A stretch of 64,000 nucleotides of DNA from Pseudomonadota bacterium (GTDB lineage: Bacteria > Pseudomonadota > Gammaproteobacteria > Burkholderiales > Burkholderiaceae_C): the NCBI GenBank assembly GCA_041180165.1, contig JBEGSC010000003.1, forward strand, positions 92,902 through 156,901, in the 5' to 3' direction. The translations under genes and the position numbers were made by a program. Shown piece after piece: positions 22,411 to 33,154 of this stretch. The number at the start of each line of letters is the position of its first letter. Position 1 is the first letter of the stretch. The notes beneath the pieces were generated by a model. The model did no database searches and was not told the origin of the DNA. It saw only the letters and a list, made by a program, of their open reading frames with translations.

Positions 22411-24495
22411 TCAATGCGCGGCGCTCATACCTTGGTGGCGCAGCAGTGCATCCAGCTGAGGTTCGCGGCCACGGAAGGCTTTGAACGACTCCATCGCTGG
22501 GCGGCTACCGCCAACTTCTAGGATAGTTTCTCGGTAGCGGCGGCCGGTGTCGATGCTGGGTGTGCCATCGGCAGCGGCGGTTTCTTCAAACGCGGCGTAG
22601 GCATCGGCGCTCAGTACCTCGGCCCACTTGTAGCTGTAGTAGCCCGCCGCATAGCCACCCGCAAAGATGTGGCTGAAGGTGTGTAGCGTGCGTCCCCAAG
22701 TGGGGGCTTGAAGCACGGCGACTTCGGCGCGCACATCGCGCAGCACTTGCATGAAGTCTTGGGCTTTTTCGCCCTCGGTGTGCAAGCGCATGTCGACGAG
22801 CGAGAACTCGATTTGGCGCAGCGTTTGCAAACCGCTTTGGAAGTTTTTGGCGGCCAGCATTTTGTCGAACAGCTCACGTGGCAACGGTTCGCCCGTATCC
22901 ACATGTGCCGTCATGTGGCGCAGCACGCTCCACTCCCAGCAAAAGTTTTCCATGAACTGGCTGGGCAGTTCCACCGCGTCCCACTCCACGCCGCTGATGC
23001 CAGACACATCGCGCTCGTTCACTTGCGTGAGCATGTGGTGCAGGCCGTGGCCGCATTCGTGGAAAAGGGTGATGACGTCGTCGTGCGTCAAGAGCGGGGG
23101 CTTGCCGTTCACGCCTTCGGCGAAGTTGCATACGAGGTGCGCCACGGGCGTTTGCAGTTGTCCGTTGTCGGGGCGCAGCCAGCGGGCGCGCACATCGTCC
23201 ATCCACGCGCCACCGCGTTTACCGGCGCGAGCGCCTGGGTCGAGGTAGAACTGGCCCACTAACTCAGGCGGCAAGCCGCGTGCGCGGGTTGCTTCGGTGT
23301 GGCGCTCAATGCGATAGAACTCCACCGCTGGGTGCCACACCGGCGCGTCGTCGCGGCGAATGCTCACCTCAAACAAGGTCTCCACAATTTTGAACAAACC
23401 CGCCAACACCTTAGGCGCAGTGAAGTACGGTTTGACTTCTTGCTCGCTGAACGCGTAGCGCGCTTCTTTGAGCTTCTCGCCGATGTACGGCCAGTCCCAA
23501 GGTTGTGGGTCTTGCAGGTTCAGGTGCTCAGCAGCGAAGGCGCGCATTTCGGCCACGTCTTGCTCGGCGTAGGGGCGGGCACGTTTGGCGAGGTCGCGCA
23601 AGAAGTGCATCACCTCGGCAGGGGACTGAGCCATCTTTGCGGCTAGCGATACCTCTGCGTAGTTGGCGTAACCGAGTAACGCCGCTTCTTCTTGGCGCAA
23701 AGCCAGAATTTCTTGAACGTATTTGGTGTTGTCTTGTTCGGGTTTGCCGTTTTGCACAGCTTCAGATTGGTCTGACGCACGCGTGGCATAGGCGCGGTAG
23801 AGCTTCTCGCGGAGTGACGAGCTGTGCGCAAACTGCATGATGGGCAGGTAGCATGGCATTTTCAAATTTAGCTTGTGGCCAGCCACACCATCTTTCTCAG
23901 CAGCTGCGCGAGTGGTTTGCAACACGTCGTCTGGCACACCGTCCAGATCTTCGGCACTCACAATCAGCGACCACTGATCGGTTGCGTCGAGCACGTTCTC
24001 GCTGAACTTTTGGCTCAGCTCTGCCTGACGTTCTTGAATGGCGGCAAAGCGCTCTTTGGCCGCACCTACCAGCTCTGCGCCCGAGAGCACAAAGTTGCGC
24101 ATAGCCAAGCTGTGGGCGTGTTTTTGCTCGGCATTGAGGGTGTTCACGTCAATTGCTTTGTACTTCGCATACAAGCGTTCGTCCGCACCAAGACGTGTGT
24201 AGAACTCTGTCACACGTGGCAGCGCTTGGCCATAGGCCTCGCGCAGTTCGGGTGTGTCTGCCACGCTGTGCAAGTGGCTGATGGCGCCCCATGCACGGCT
24301 CAGCTGCTCAGTGGCCACATCCAGCACAGAGGCAATCGCTTTCCAATCTGCAGGGAACTCTGCGGCTGTCACTGTCTCCAGCGCCGCATCGGCAGCAGGC
24401 AGTAACTTGTCCAACGCAGGCGAGATATGCGCAGGTTGGATCGCGTCGAACAGCGGCAAGTCAGCAAAGTTGAGCAGTGGATTTGTTTTTGACAT
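22411..24495 (-). CDS. prlC: Oligopeptidase A (M3 family)
   Basis: HECGHGLHH, VEWDAVELPSQFMEN, GYYSYKWAEVLS. Confidence 0.95.
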   Translation of the reverse strand: MSKTNPLLNFADLPLFDAIQPAHISPALDKLLPAADAALETVTAAEFPADWKAIASVLDVATEQLSRAWGAISHLHSVADTPELREAYGQALPRVTEFYTRLGADERLYAKYKAIDVNTLNAEQKHAHSLAMRNFVLSGAELVGAAKERFAAIQERQAELSQKFSENVLDATDQWSLIVSAEDLDGVPDDVLQTTRAAAEKDGVAGHKLNLKMPCYLPIMQFAHSSSLREKLYRAYATRASDQSEAVQNGKPEQDNTKYVQEILALRQEEAALLGYANYAEVSLAAKMAQSPAEVMHFLRDLAKRARPYAEQDVAEMRAFAAEHLNLQDPQPWDWPYIGEKLKEARYAFSEQEVKPYFTAPKVLAGLFKIVETLFEVSIRRDDAPVWHPAVEFYRIERHTEATRARGLPPELVGQFYLDPGARAGKRGGAWMDDVRARWLRPDNGQLQTPVAHLVCNFAEGVNGKPPLLTHDDVITLFHECGHGLHHMLTQVNERDVSGISGVEWDAVELPSQFMENFCWEWSVLRHMTAHVDTGEPLPRELFDKMLAAKNFQSGLQTLRQIEFSLVDMRLHTEGEKAQDFMQVLRDVRAEVAVLQAPTWGRTLHTFSHIFAGGYAAGYYSYKWAEVLSADAYAAFEETAAADGTPSIDTGRRYRETILEVGGSRPAMESFKAFRGREPQLDALLRHQGMSAAH

Positions 24496-24530
24496 ACGAC
24501 AGTTTCAGAAAGTGAATGCAAGCGAAGCGC

Positions 24531-25391
24531 TTATCGCTTTTCAGCTAAGGCCCGTTGCGCCGATTCCAAGGTGTTGACAAGCAACATTGTGATGGTCATC
24601 GGTCCAACCCCACCGGGCACAGGGGTGATGTAGCCCGCTACTTCCTTCACGCCGTCAAAGTCCACATCGCCGCAGAGCTTGCCCTCGTCGTTGCGGTTCA
24701 TACCCACGTCCAGCACTACCGTGCCAGGCTTGACCATGTCGGCCGTCAGCACATTGCGCTTACCCACGGCAGCCACGATCACGTCGGCTTGCAGGGTGAG
24801 GGCTTTCAAGTCCTTGGTGCGCGAGTGCGCCACCGTCACGGTGGCATCTTTTTGCAAGAGCATCAATGCCATTGGTTTACCCACGATGTTGCTGCGGCCT
24901 ATCACTACAGCGTGTTTACCTTTGAGGTCGTAGCCAATGCTCTCAAGCATCTTCATGCAGCCGTAGGGCGTGCAAGGCCAAAATCCGGGCATGCCGGTCA
25001 TCAATGCGCCTGCGCTGGCGATGTGAAAACCGTCCACATCTTTGGCGGGGCTGATGGCTTCGATCACTTTTTGCGCGTCGATGTGGGCAGGCAAGGGCAG
25101 TTGCACCAAGATGCCGTGAATGCTGTCATCGTGGTTGAGTGCGTCCACGCGAGCGAGCAAGTCGGCCTCGGTCATGGTGGCTTCATATTTTTCGAGCACC
25201 GAATGCAGCCCCGCGTCTTCGCAGGCCTTGACCTTGTTGCGTACATAGACCTGGCTGGCTTGGTTGTCGCCCACCAAGACGACGGCCAAGCCAGGTGTCA
25301 AACCCTTGGCCTTGAGGGCAGCGGTGTCTGCTGCGACCTGGGCGCGCAGTTGTTTGGAGAGGGCGTTGCCGTCGATGAGTTGTGCAGTCAT
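24531..25391 (-). CDS. folD: Methylenetetrahydrofolate dehydrogenase/cyclohydrolase
   Basis: [34 protein letters not shown]. Confidence 0.97.
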   Translation of the reverse strand: MTAQLIDGNALSKQLRAQVAADTAALKAKGLTPGLAVVLVGDNQASQVYVRNKVKACEDAGLHSVLEKYEATMTEADLLARVDALNHDDSIHGILVQLPLPAHIDAQKVIEAISPAKDVDGFHIASAGALMTGMPGFWPCTPYGCMKMLESIGYDLKGKHAVVIGRSNIVGKPMALMLLQKDATVTVAHSRTKDLKALTLQADVIVAAVGKRNVLTADMVKPGTVVLDVGMNRNDEGKLCGDVDFDGVKEVAGYITPVPGGVGPMTITMLLVNTLESAQRALAEKR

Positions 25392-25421
25392 GTTTGTATG
25401 CAATTTTCAAAGGTTGAATTG

Positions 25422-25448
25422 AAAACGCCCGTGATGCACGGGCGTTTT
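25422..25448 (-). terminator. Intrinsic terminator-like hairpin between response regulator and folD
   Basis: AAAACGCCCGTG-ATG-CACGGGCGTTTT. Confidence 0.7.
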
Positions 25449-25470
25449 GGGAAGGTCGAACCGCAGGGTT

Positions 25471-26097
25471 TTAAGCTTTTGCCGCGTTTTGTCCGAGGGC
25501 GGTTTTCAGCAAGTCGGCTACCGTGTTGGCGTTGAGCTTTTCCATAATGTTGGCTCGGTGCGCTTCTACAGTTTTGATGCTGATACCCAAGTCGTCTGCA
25601 ATTTGTTTGTTCAAGCGACCTGCGACGATGCGCTCGAGCACTTGCGCTTCACGGGTGGTCAGCTTGGCCATCAGGGCATCGCGGCTGGCGGCTTGTTGTG
25701 ATTCAGCGAATGAGGTGTTGGCTTGGGCCAGCATACGTTCGACCAAATTCACCAAGGCGGTTTCGTCAAAAGGCTTTTGGATGAAGTCCATCGCGCCTTT
25801 TTTCATGGTGTCCACAGCCATGGGCACATCGCCGTGGCCGGTGATGAACACGATAGGCAAAGGGGATTTGCGTTCGACCAAACGGTCTTGCAATTCGAGG
25901 CCTGTCATGCCGCCCATGCGGATATCGACGATCAAGCAGGCCACTTCACGCTGGTCGTAGCGGCTCAGAAATGTTTCGGCGGAGTCAAAGCAGCGAACGC
26001 GGTAGTCCTTACCCTCTAACAACCATTGCAATGAATCACGAACAGCCTCGTCGTCATCGACAACATAGACCGTACCTTTTTTGGGAATCAAACTCAT
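25471..26097 (-). CDS. FixJ/LuxR-family response regulator
   Basis: VVDDD, IVDIRM, TGHGDVPMAV, KP; LuxR HTH LTTRE..NKQIA..ISIKTVEAHRA. Confidence 0.95.
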   Translation of the reverse strand: MSLIPKKGTVYVVDDDEAVRDSLQWLLEGKDYRVRCFDSAETFLSRYDQREVACLIVDIRMGGMTGLELQDRLVERKSPLPIVFITGHGDVPMAVDTMKKGAMDFIQKPFDETALVNLVERMLAQANTSFAESQQAASRDALMAKLTTREAQVLERIVAGRLNKQIADDLGISIKTVEAHRANIMEKLNANTVADLLKTALGQNAAKA

Positions 26098-26112
26098 CAA
26101 TCAAACTCCAAC

Positions 26113-28620
26113 CTATCGGACCGGTATCCAAAAGGAAAAGCGGCAGCCCGTTATTTCCTCAGCATTGTAGAGGTTCTCAGCCTTCATTCGGCCTTGGTGC
26201 GACTCGACGATGGAACGGCATAAATTCAGGCCAATGCCCATGCCTTCTGACTTGGTCGAGAAGAACGCCTCGAACAAACGCTCCATCACCTCGGGGGGCA
26301 ATCCTCGACCTGTGTCAGTGACCGAAAACTCAATTACCGCTTGGCCATCTTCTGTTCGGGGCAACACCTTGAGTTCCACATCGCGGCGGGTCAGTGGGCG
26401 TTGGGCCAAGTCAATCGACTCGGCTGCATTGCGCATCAGGTTGACCAATACCTGCTCGATCAAGATAGGATCCACGTTGATAGCAGGCAGTCGAGCTGCC
26501 ACCACTTGGGTGAGACGCACCTGTCGCCGACGCATCTCGATACCCGCCAATTCCACAGCTTCAGCCACCATCGCTGTCACATCGGATGGGGTGCGGTTGG
26601 GCTCGCTGCGCTTCACGAAGGTGCGAATGCGTTGAATAATTTGGCCTGCACGTTGGGCTTGGTGTGCTGTTTTCTCCAAGGCCTTGAGCAACTCTTCTTC
26701 GTTTAAGTTGTTGGCTTTGATGCGCGACACCATACCACTGCAATAGTTATTGATAGCAGTCAGCGGCTGGTTCAATTCATGTGCCACGCTGGATGCCATC
26801 TCGCCCATCGTGATGAGACGACTGGCCGATTGCGCGCGTTCAGCTTGCACTTGTGCCTGTTCTTCGGCATGTCGACGTGGCGTGATGTCCGAGGCAATCA
26901 CCATTTGTGCCAAACGACCATCCACCCAGTTGAGGTAACGCGAACGTACTTCAAGCCACTTACCCAATTCAGGCACAAAAATTTCAGCGTTCTCTGCTTT
27001 GGTCTCGGTGATGCCATCCGTGGGGAGTCCCATCAAAGCATCGTCTTGGTCATGTCCATCGTCTTCTGCGGCTTCGGATGCTGCCAAGCTCCGTGGTTGG
27101 CCTGCCTGCGAGACCAAGCTCAGATGCCCTTGCGTGGTGCTAGCAAACCATTGGCGGTAGAGCTTGTTGGCAAACAAGAGTTCTTTGCTCCCCAGCGGTG
27201 CCACTGACACAGAGGCGTCCAAGCCTTCGAGCACTGTGGTGAACCGGTCATGTGCGGCTGAGAGTTGTTCGCGCACACGGTTGGGCTCGGTGATGTCGGT
27301 CATTGACGTCATCCAACCCGTTTGTTGGCCACGCGCATCAACGAGGGGTGACACATACAAGCGTGCATCAAACACTTCGCCGTTTTTGCGTTTGACGCGA
27401 ACCTGAAAACCACTGCTCGTCGTTTCACCCTGCAGTTCTTGTGCAAGTTTTTGCTCAAGGGTCTCGCGGTCTTCTTCAGGCCAATAAGGGAAAGGGGGAA
27501 CTCGACCTACCAACTCATCTTCGGTCCACCCGGTCATTTGACAAAACGCGGCATTCACATAAGTAATTCGGCCCTTCAAGTCCATCGCACGCATGCCGGT
27601 GAGGATGGAGTTTTCCATTGCTCGGCGAAAGTTGGTTTCTGCCACCAAGGCTTGCTGTGCTTGAACGCGTCGGCGTGTGTGGCGCCAGGTGCCAATCAGC
27701 ATCCATGCGGTCATGGCACTGAGTACGGCCACTAACCAAAAGACACCATTGCCAATTAAGCCTTGCGAGGTGCGATAGGCCTGCGCATGTAGAAAAAGTG
27801 CGTATCCCACGGGTGTGATGGGAACTTCATATTCGTTGGTTTGAAATAACCAGGGCAATACCTCGGTCACTTTCGGGCGTGCTTTGTTGGCTTGGCCTGC
27901 CAAAACAATATTGTTTACATCGCGCAGGGAGACCGCATAACGGCTAGCGATTTCGCTGGGTACAGCAAAGCGCAGCATGCCATCAAGCGTGTATTCAGCC
28001 ACCAGAACGCCTTCAAATTTACCGTGATTTATGACCGGTACATGCATCTGCATGTGCGCGTAAGGGGCTGCATTGTTGCGTTTCTCAATGATGGGTTGTG
28101 AGTAAACAGGTTGCTGCAAGTCTCGTGTCAATTGAAACGTAGCCAAGGTTTCTGTGTGGGTGATGATGCTGCCCTGCGTAAAGCTCAAAGTTGAGTTATT
28201 GCTTGCGCTGGCATAGCTGGCGTGCACACGTTGGCGAGCATCAAGCCAACTCAAGCTGGCGAACTCTGGACTTTGGTTCAACAGATTTTGAGCGTCATTT
28301 GCAAAGGAACGGCGGTCAGTTTCACGGTTCGCAATATCGCGCGCGATGCGCATGATTTGTTCTTGTTTGTCTAACAGGCGAAGACGCAACCGTTGTTGGG
28401 CGTACTCCACATCGCGGCGAACCACCTCTTGCTCTCGCACGATTTCCTCGTACCGTAAGTACCAAAACGCCGTGGTGATGGCGGTCATGAAGAGCACTAC
28501 AGCCGCCAAGGGCGCCATGAAGGCAAAACGGTCTTGACGGTTTGGTGTTTGCTTACGCCACCAGCTTCGCCAATGGCTAATGAGTATCTCTAAGAATGGA
28601 AATGTCGATGTCTTTTGCAT
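26113..28620 (-). CDS. Membrane PAS-domain sensor histidine kinase
   Basis: Two TM segments, PAS domain, AHELNQPL H-box, NLMRNA, DTGRG, GMGIGL. Confidence 0.95.
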   Translation of the reverse strand: MQKTSTFPFLEILISHWRSWWRKQTPNRQDRFAFMAPLAAVVLFMTAITTAFWYLRYEEIVREQEVVRRDVEYAQQRLRLRLLDKQEQIMRIARDIANRETDRRSFANDAQNLLNQSPEFASLSWLDARQRVHASYASASNNSTLSFTQGSIITHTETLATFQLTRDLQQPVYSQPIIEKRNNAAPYAHMQMHVPVINHGKFEGVLVAEYTLDGMLRFAVPSEIASRYAVSLRDVNNIVLAGQANKARPKVTEVLPWLFQTNEYEVPITPVGYALFLHAQAYRTSQGLIGNGVFWLVAVLSAMTAWMLIGTWRHTRRRVQAQQALVAETNFRRAMENSILTGMRAMDLKGRITYVNAAFCQMTGWTEDELVGRVPPFPYWPEEDRETLEQKLAQELQGETTSSGFQVRVKRKNGEVFDARLYVSPLVDARGQQTGWMTSMTDITEPNRVREQLSAAHDRFTTVLEGLDASVSVAPLGSKELLFANKLYRQWFASTTQGHLSLVSQAGQPRSLAASEAAEDDGHDQDDALMGLPTDGITETKAENAEIFVPELGKWLEVRSRYLNWVDGRLAQMVIASDITPRRHAEEQAQVQAERAQSASRLITMGEMASSVAHELNQPLTAINNYCSGMVSRIKANNLNEEELLKALEKTAHQAQRAGQIIQRIRTFVKRSEPNRTPSDVTAMVAEAVELAGIEMRRRQVRLTQVVAARLPAINVDPILIEQVLVNLMRNAAESIDLAQRPLTRRDVELKVLPRTEDGQAVIEFSVTDTGRGLPPEVMERLFEAFFSTKSEGMGIGLNLCRSIVESHQGRMKAENLYNAEEITGCRFSFWIPVR

Positions 28621-28671
28621 GTGCTGAGAGTTTATGCGCGAGGGTAAACACGGTCCTTGAATAATTATTGA

Positions 28672-28688
28672 ATTTCATAATAAGAAAT
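28672..28688. promoter_or_regulatory. Palindromic operator candidate in the kinase/aceE divergent promoter
   Basis: ATTTC-ATAATAA-GAAAT in an AT-rich intergenic region. Confidence 0.4.
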
Positions 28689-28771
28689 CATTGACCGCTA
28701 TTTGAAATTTTCGAAATTTGTGCGAAACTCCGTACATTCGAGTCAAAACAGTGCAACAAGAGGAGACAAGC

Positions 28772-31471
28772 ATGTCAGCACAACCGAACGATCTGCGCAC
28801 CGACGTGGACAGCCAAGAAACGCGTGAATGGATGGACGCGTTGTCCGCCGTCATCAATGCAGAAGGGCCTGAGCGCGCGCACTTCTTGTTAGAGCAATTG
28901 CTCGAGCACGCACGCGAGAGCAGCATCGACATGCCGTTCTCTGCCACCACGGGTTACGTGAACACGATCGAACCCGATCAAGAAGCCCATTGCCCCGGCA
29001 ACATTGAAATTGAAGAACGTCTGCGCGCTTATATGCGCTGGAACGCGATGGCGATGGTGGTCAAAGCCAACCGCCACAACCCCGAAGACGGTGGCGACTT
29101 GGGCGGCCACATCGGTTCATTCGCCTCTTTAGCCCACATGTTTGGTGCGGGCTTTAACCACTTCTGGCACGCTGAAAACGAAAACCACGGTGGTGACTGC
29201 TTGTACATCCAAGGCCACGTGTCACCCGGCGTTTACGCCCGCGCTTACCTCGAAGGCCGCTTGACCGAAGAGCAGTTGCTCAACTTCCGTCAAGAGGTGG
29301 ATGGCAAAGGTTTGTCCAGCTACCCACACCCCAAACTCATGCCTGAGTTCTGGCAGTTCCCAACAGTGTCGATGGGCCTTGGCCCATTGATGGCCATTTA
29401 CCAAGCGCGCTTCTTGAAGTACTTGCACGCACGTGGCATTGCCAACACCGAAAACCGCAAGGTCTGGGTGTTCTGCGGCGACGGCGAGATGGACGAAGTG
29501 GAATCTTTGGGTGCGATCGGTTTGGCCGCTCGCGAAAAACTCGACAACTTGATCTTCGTGGTCAACTGCAACTTGCAACGCTTGGACGGCCCAGTGCGCG
29601 GCAATGGCAAGATCGTGCAAGAACTCGAAGGCGAATTCCGTGGCTCAGGCTGGAATGTCATCAAGCTCTTGTGGGGCAGTGAGTGGGACAAACTGTTGGC
29701 CCGCGACAAAGACGGCGCGTTGCGCAAGTTGATGATGGACACCTTGGATGGCGACTACCAAGCGTTCAAAGCCAACGACGGTGCTTATGTGCGCAAGCAC
29801 TTCTTCGGCCGCGACCCACGCACGCTCGAGATGGTTGCCCATATGAGCGACGACGAAATTTGGGCTTTGAAGCGCGGCGGTCACGACCCACAGAAGGTGT
29901 ACGCGGCTTATCACGAAGCGGTCAACACCAAAGGCCAACCCACTGTGTTGCTCATCAAGACCGTCAAAGGTTTTGGCATGGGCAAAGCGGGCGAGGGCAA
30001 GAACAACGTGCACCAAACCAAGAAGCTCACGGATGAAGACATCAAGTACATGCGTGACCGCTTCAACATTCCAATCCCAGACAGCGAACTGTCGAAGATT
30101 CCTTTCTACAAGCCTGCAGACGACACGCCCGAAATGCGTTACCTGCATGAGCGCCGCAAGGCCTTGGGCGGCTACTTGCCACACCGTCGCACCAAAGCGG
30201 ATGAAAGCTTCACCGTGCCATCGCTCGACATCTTCAAGTCGGTGATGGAGCCCACCGCCGAAGGCCGCGAGATTTCGACCACCCAAGCGTATGTGCGCTT
30301 CCTCACGCAGCTCTTGCGTGACCAAGCCTTGGGCCCGCGCGTGGTGCCTATCCTTGTGGACGAAGCCCGTACCTTTGGTATGGAAGGTTTGTTCCGTCAA
30401 ATCGGTATTTACAACCCTGCAGGTCAGCAATACACACCGGTCGATAAAGACCAAGTGATGTACTACAAAGAAGACGTGGCTGGCCAAATCTTGCAAGAGG
30501 GCATCAACGAAGCCGGCGGTATGTCGAGCTGGATTGCAGCGGCTACGAGCTACTCCACCAGCAACCGCATCATGGTTCCGTTCTATGTGTACTACTCGAT
30601 GTTTGGTTTCCAACGCATTGGCGACTTGGCATGGGCCGCTGGCGACATGCAAGCACGCGGCTTCTTGTTGGGCGGCACATCGGGCCGTACCACTCTGAAC
30701 GGCGAAGGCTTGCAGCACGAAGACGGTCACAGCCACATCATGGCCAACACCATCCCGAACTGCGTGTCTTATGACCCCACCTTCGCACACGAAGTCGGCG
30801 TCATCCTGCACCACGGTTTGAAGCGCATGGTCGAGAAGCAAGACAATGTCTTCTACTACTTGACCTTGTTGAACGAAAACTACGCCATGCCTGGCCTCAA
30901 AGCCGGCACCGAAGAGCAAATCATCAAAGGCATGTATTTGCTGCAACAAGGAGAAGGCAAGAAGAACGCACCACGCGTGAACTTGTTGGGCTCGGGCACT
31001 ATCCTGCGCGAATCCATGGCCGCACGCGATTTGCTCGCCGCCGATTGGGGCGTCGCTGCCAACGTGTGGAGCTGCCCAAGCTTCAACGAACTCACACGCG
31101 ACGGCCAAGACGCTGAGCGCTACAACTTGTTGCACCCCACCGAGACACCAAAGGTGCCTTTCGTGGCGCAACAGTTGGACCCCTACGTTGGCCCCGTGGT
31201 CGCATCGACCGATTACATGAAAGCCTATGCCGAACAGATTCGTCCGTTCATCCCCAAAGGCCGCACCTACAAAGTGTTGGGCACAGACGGCTTCGGTCGT
31301 TCCGACTTCCGCAGCAAGCTGCGCGAGCACTTTGAAGTCAACCGCCACTACATCGTGGTCGCAGCCCTCAAAGCCCTCAGCGAAGAAGGCACTGTGCCAG
31401 TCACACAAGTGGCTGAAGCCATCAAAAAGTACGGCATCAAAACCGACAAGATCAACCCGCTGTACGCATAA
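28772..31471 (+). CDS. aceE: Pyruvate dehydrogenase E1, homodimeric
   Basis: ETREWMDAL, GDGEMDE, TVSMGLG, EGLQHEDGHS; AGGAG RBS before ATG 28772. Confidence 0.98.
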   Translation: MSAQPNDLRTDVDSQETREWMDALSAVINAEGPERAHFLLEQLLEHARESSIDMPFSATTGYVNTIEPDQEAHCPGNIEIEERLRAYMRWNAMAMVVKANRHNPEDGGDLGGHIGSFASLAHMFGAGFNHFWHAENENHGGDCLYIQGHVSPGVYARAYLEGRLTEEQLLNFRQEVDGKGLSSYPHPKLMPEFWQFPTVSMGLGPLMAIYQARFLKYLHARGIANTENRKVWVFCGDGEMDEVESLGAIGLAAREKLDNLIFVVNCNLQRLDGPVRGNGKIVQELEGEFRGSGWNVIKLLWGSEWDKLLARDKDGALRKLMMDTLDGDYQAFKANDGAYVRKHFFGRDPRTLEMVAHMSDDEIWALKRGGHDPQKVYAAYHEAVNTKGQPTVLLIKTVKGFGMGKAGEGKNNVHQTKKLTDEDIKYMRDRFNIPIPDSELSKIPFYKPADDTPEMRYLHERRKALGGYLPHRRTKADESFTVPSLDIFKSVMEPTAEGREISTTQAYVRFLTQLLRDQALGPRVVPILVDEARTFGMEGLFRQIGIYNPAGQQYTPVDKDQVMYYKEDVAGQILQEGINEAGGMSSWIAAATSYSTSNRIMVPFYVYYSMFGFQRIGDLAWAAGDMQARGFLLGGTSGRTTLNGEGLQHEDGHSHIMANTIPNCVSYDPTFAHEVGVILHHGLKRMVEKQDNVFYYLTLLNENYAMPGLKAGTEEQIIKGMYLLQQGEGKKNAPRVNLLGSGTILRESMAARDLLAADWGVAANVWSCPSFNELTRDGQDAERYNLLHPTETPKVPFVAQQLDPYVGPVVASTDYMKAYAEQIRPFIPKGRTYKVLGTDGFGRSDFRSKLREHFEVNRHYIVVAALKALSEEGTVPVTQVAEAIKKYGIKTDKINPLYA

Positions 31472-31489
31472 CAAATCGGGAGACACAAC

Positions 31490-33145
31490 ATGGCATTGGT
31501 AGAAGTAAAAGTCCCGGATATCGGGGATTTCGACGAAGTCGCAGTCATCGAGCTGCTGGTCAAAGTAGGCGACACCGTGAAAGCGGAACAGTCCCTCATC
31601 ACCGTCGAATCAGACAAGGCCTCGATGGAAATTCCATCGAGCACAGCCGGTGTGGTCAAAGAGCTCAAAGTAGCTTTGGGCGACAAGGTCAAAGAAGGCT
31701 CTGTGGTGTTGGTGGTGGAAGCTGCTGGTGCTGCCGCTGCTCCAGCAGCCGCACCTGCAGCAGCTGCTCCTGTAGCCGCTGCACCAGCCCCAGTTGCAGC
31801 AGCTGCCCCCGTGGCTGCAGCGCCATCAGCATCGGGCCCCATTGAAATTCACGTGCCAGACATTGGCGACTTCAAAGACGTAGCCGTCATCGAAGTGTTT
31901 GTGAAGCCTGGCGACAGCATCAAAGTGGAGCAGTCGCTCATCACCGTGGAGTCTGACAAAGCCTCGATGGAAATTCCATCGTCACATGCAGGTGTGTTGA
32001 AAGAGCTCAAGGTCAAAGTAGGCGACAAGGTCAACATTGGTGACTTGTTGGCCATTCTGGAAGGCACGGTGTCTGCCGCTGCTGCGCCTGTGGCCGCTGC
32101 CGCTTCTGCAGTTGCTGCCGTCGCACCTGCCGCTGTGGCTGCACCCACAGCCGTTGCTGCTGCAGTGGCTGCCGTGGCAGCACCTGCGCACGCACCTGGT
32201 GGTACGACCTTGGGTCTGCCACATGCATCACCTTCAGTACGCAAGTTCGCACGCGAACTCGGTGTGCCGTTGGAAGAGCTCAAAGGCACAGGCCACAAAG
32301 GCCGCATCACACAAAGTGACGTGCAAGCGTTCACCAAGTCGGTCATGTCCGGCGCGACACAAACCAAGGCGCAAGCTGCCAAAGGTGGCACTGCCGGTGG
32401 CGATGGTGCAGCTTTGGGTCTCATCCCTTGGCCAAAGGTCGACTTTGCCAAGTTTGGCTCGATCGAACGCAAAGAGTTGGGCCGCATCAAGAAGATCAGC
32501 GGCGCTAATTTGTTGCGCAACGCCATCATGATTCCAGCCGTCACCAACCATGACGATGCTGACATCACCGAGCTCGAAGCCTTCCGCGTGTCGACCAACA
32601 AAGAGAACGAAAAGTCGGGCGTCAAAGTCACGATGCTGGCGTTCTTGATCAAGGCTTGCGTGGCCGCGCTCAAGAAATACCCAGAGTTCAATAGCTCGCT
32701 CGATGGTGATGCACTGGTTTACAAAAACTACTGGCACATCGGCTTTGCGGCTGACACGCCCAATGGTTTGATGGTGCCCGTCATCCGTGATTGCGACAAA
32801 AAAGGCGTGCTGCAAATCAGCCAAGAAATGTCAGAGCTGGCCAAGAAAGCACGTGACGGCAAACTCGGCCCCGCTGAAATGACCGGCGCAACCTTCACCA
32901 TCTCCAGCCTAGGCGGCATTGGTGGCAAGTACTTCACGCCCATCATCAATGCGCCCGAAGTGGCCATCCTCGGTGTGTGTAAGAGCACCATGGAACCCGT
33001 GTGGGACGGCAAGGCCTTCCAACCGCGTTTGATGTTGCCTTTGAGCTTGACGTGGGACCACCGCGTTATCGACGGTGCAGCAGCGGCACGCTTCAATGCG
33101 TACCTCGGTCAAATCCTCAGCGACTTCCGTCGCGTGTTGCTCTAA
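31490..33145 (+). CDS. aceF: Dihydrolipoamide acetyltransferase E2 with two lipoyl domains
   Basis: Two ESDKASME lipoyl motifs, ASPSVRKFAREL, DHRVIDG. Confidence 0.97.
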   Translation: MALVEVKVPDIGDFDEVAVIELLVKVGDTVKAEQSLITVESDKASMEIPSSTAGVVKELKVALGDKVKEGSVVLVVEAAGAAAAPAAAPAAAAPVAAAPAPVAAAAPVAAAPSASGPIEIHVPDIGDFKDVAVIEVFVKPGDSIKVEQSLITVESDKASMEIPSSHAGVLKELKVKVGDKVNIGDLLAILEGTVSAAAAPVAAAASAVAAVAPAAVAAPTAVAAAVAAVAAPAHAPGGTTLGLPHASPSVRKFARELGVPLEELKGTGHKGRITQSDVQAFTKSVMSGATQTKAQAAKGGTAGGDGAALGLIPWPKVDFAKFGSIERKELGRIKKISGANLLRNAIMIPAVTNHDDADITELEAFRVSTNKENEKSGVKVTMLAFLIKACVAALKKYPEFNSSLDGDALVYKNYWHIGFAADTPNGLMVPVIRDCDKKGVLQISQEMSELAKKARDGKLGPAEMTGATFTISSLGGIGGKYFTPIINAPEVAILGVCKSTMEPVWDGKAFQPRLMLPLSLTWDHRVIDGAAAARFNAYLGQILSDFRRVLL

Positions 33146-33154
33146 GGACTTGAT

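Noticed and set aside
25392-25470. Possible ZTP or THF riboswitch upstream of folD
   Set aside because: Only about 80 bp, occupied by a simple terminator-like hairpin; no aptamer consensus recognised
29645-31486. 613-aa antisense ORF, and similar long ORFs opposite dapA, folD, rbgA, prpE, sucA, sucB and lpdA
   Set aside because: Shadow frames produced by strong codon bias in well-identified genes on the other strand; no motifs
31720-32200. GCT/GCA/CCA-rich repeats in aceF (also lpdA about 33400-33480 and sucB about 59840-59940)
   Set aside because: They encode Ala/Pro linkers between lipoyl and catalytic domains; not CRISPR or VNTR elements
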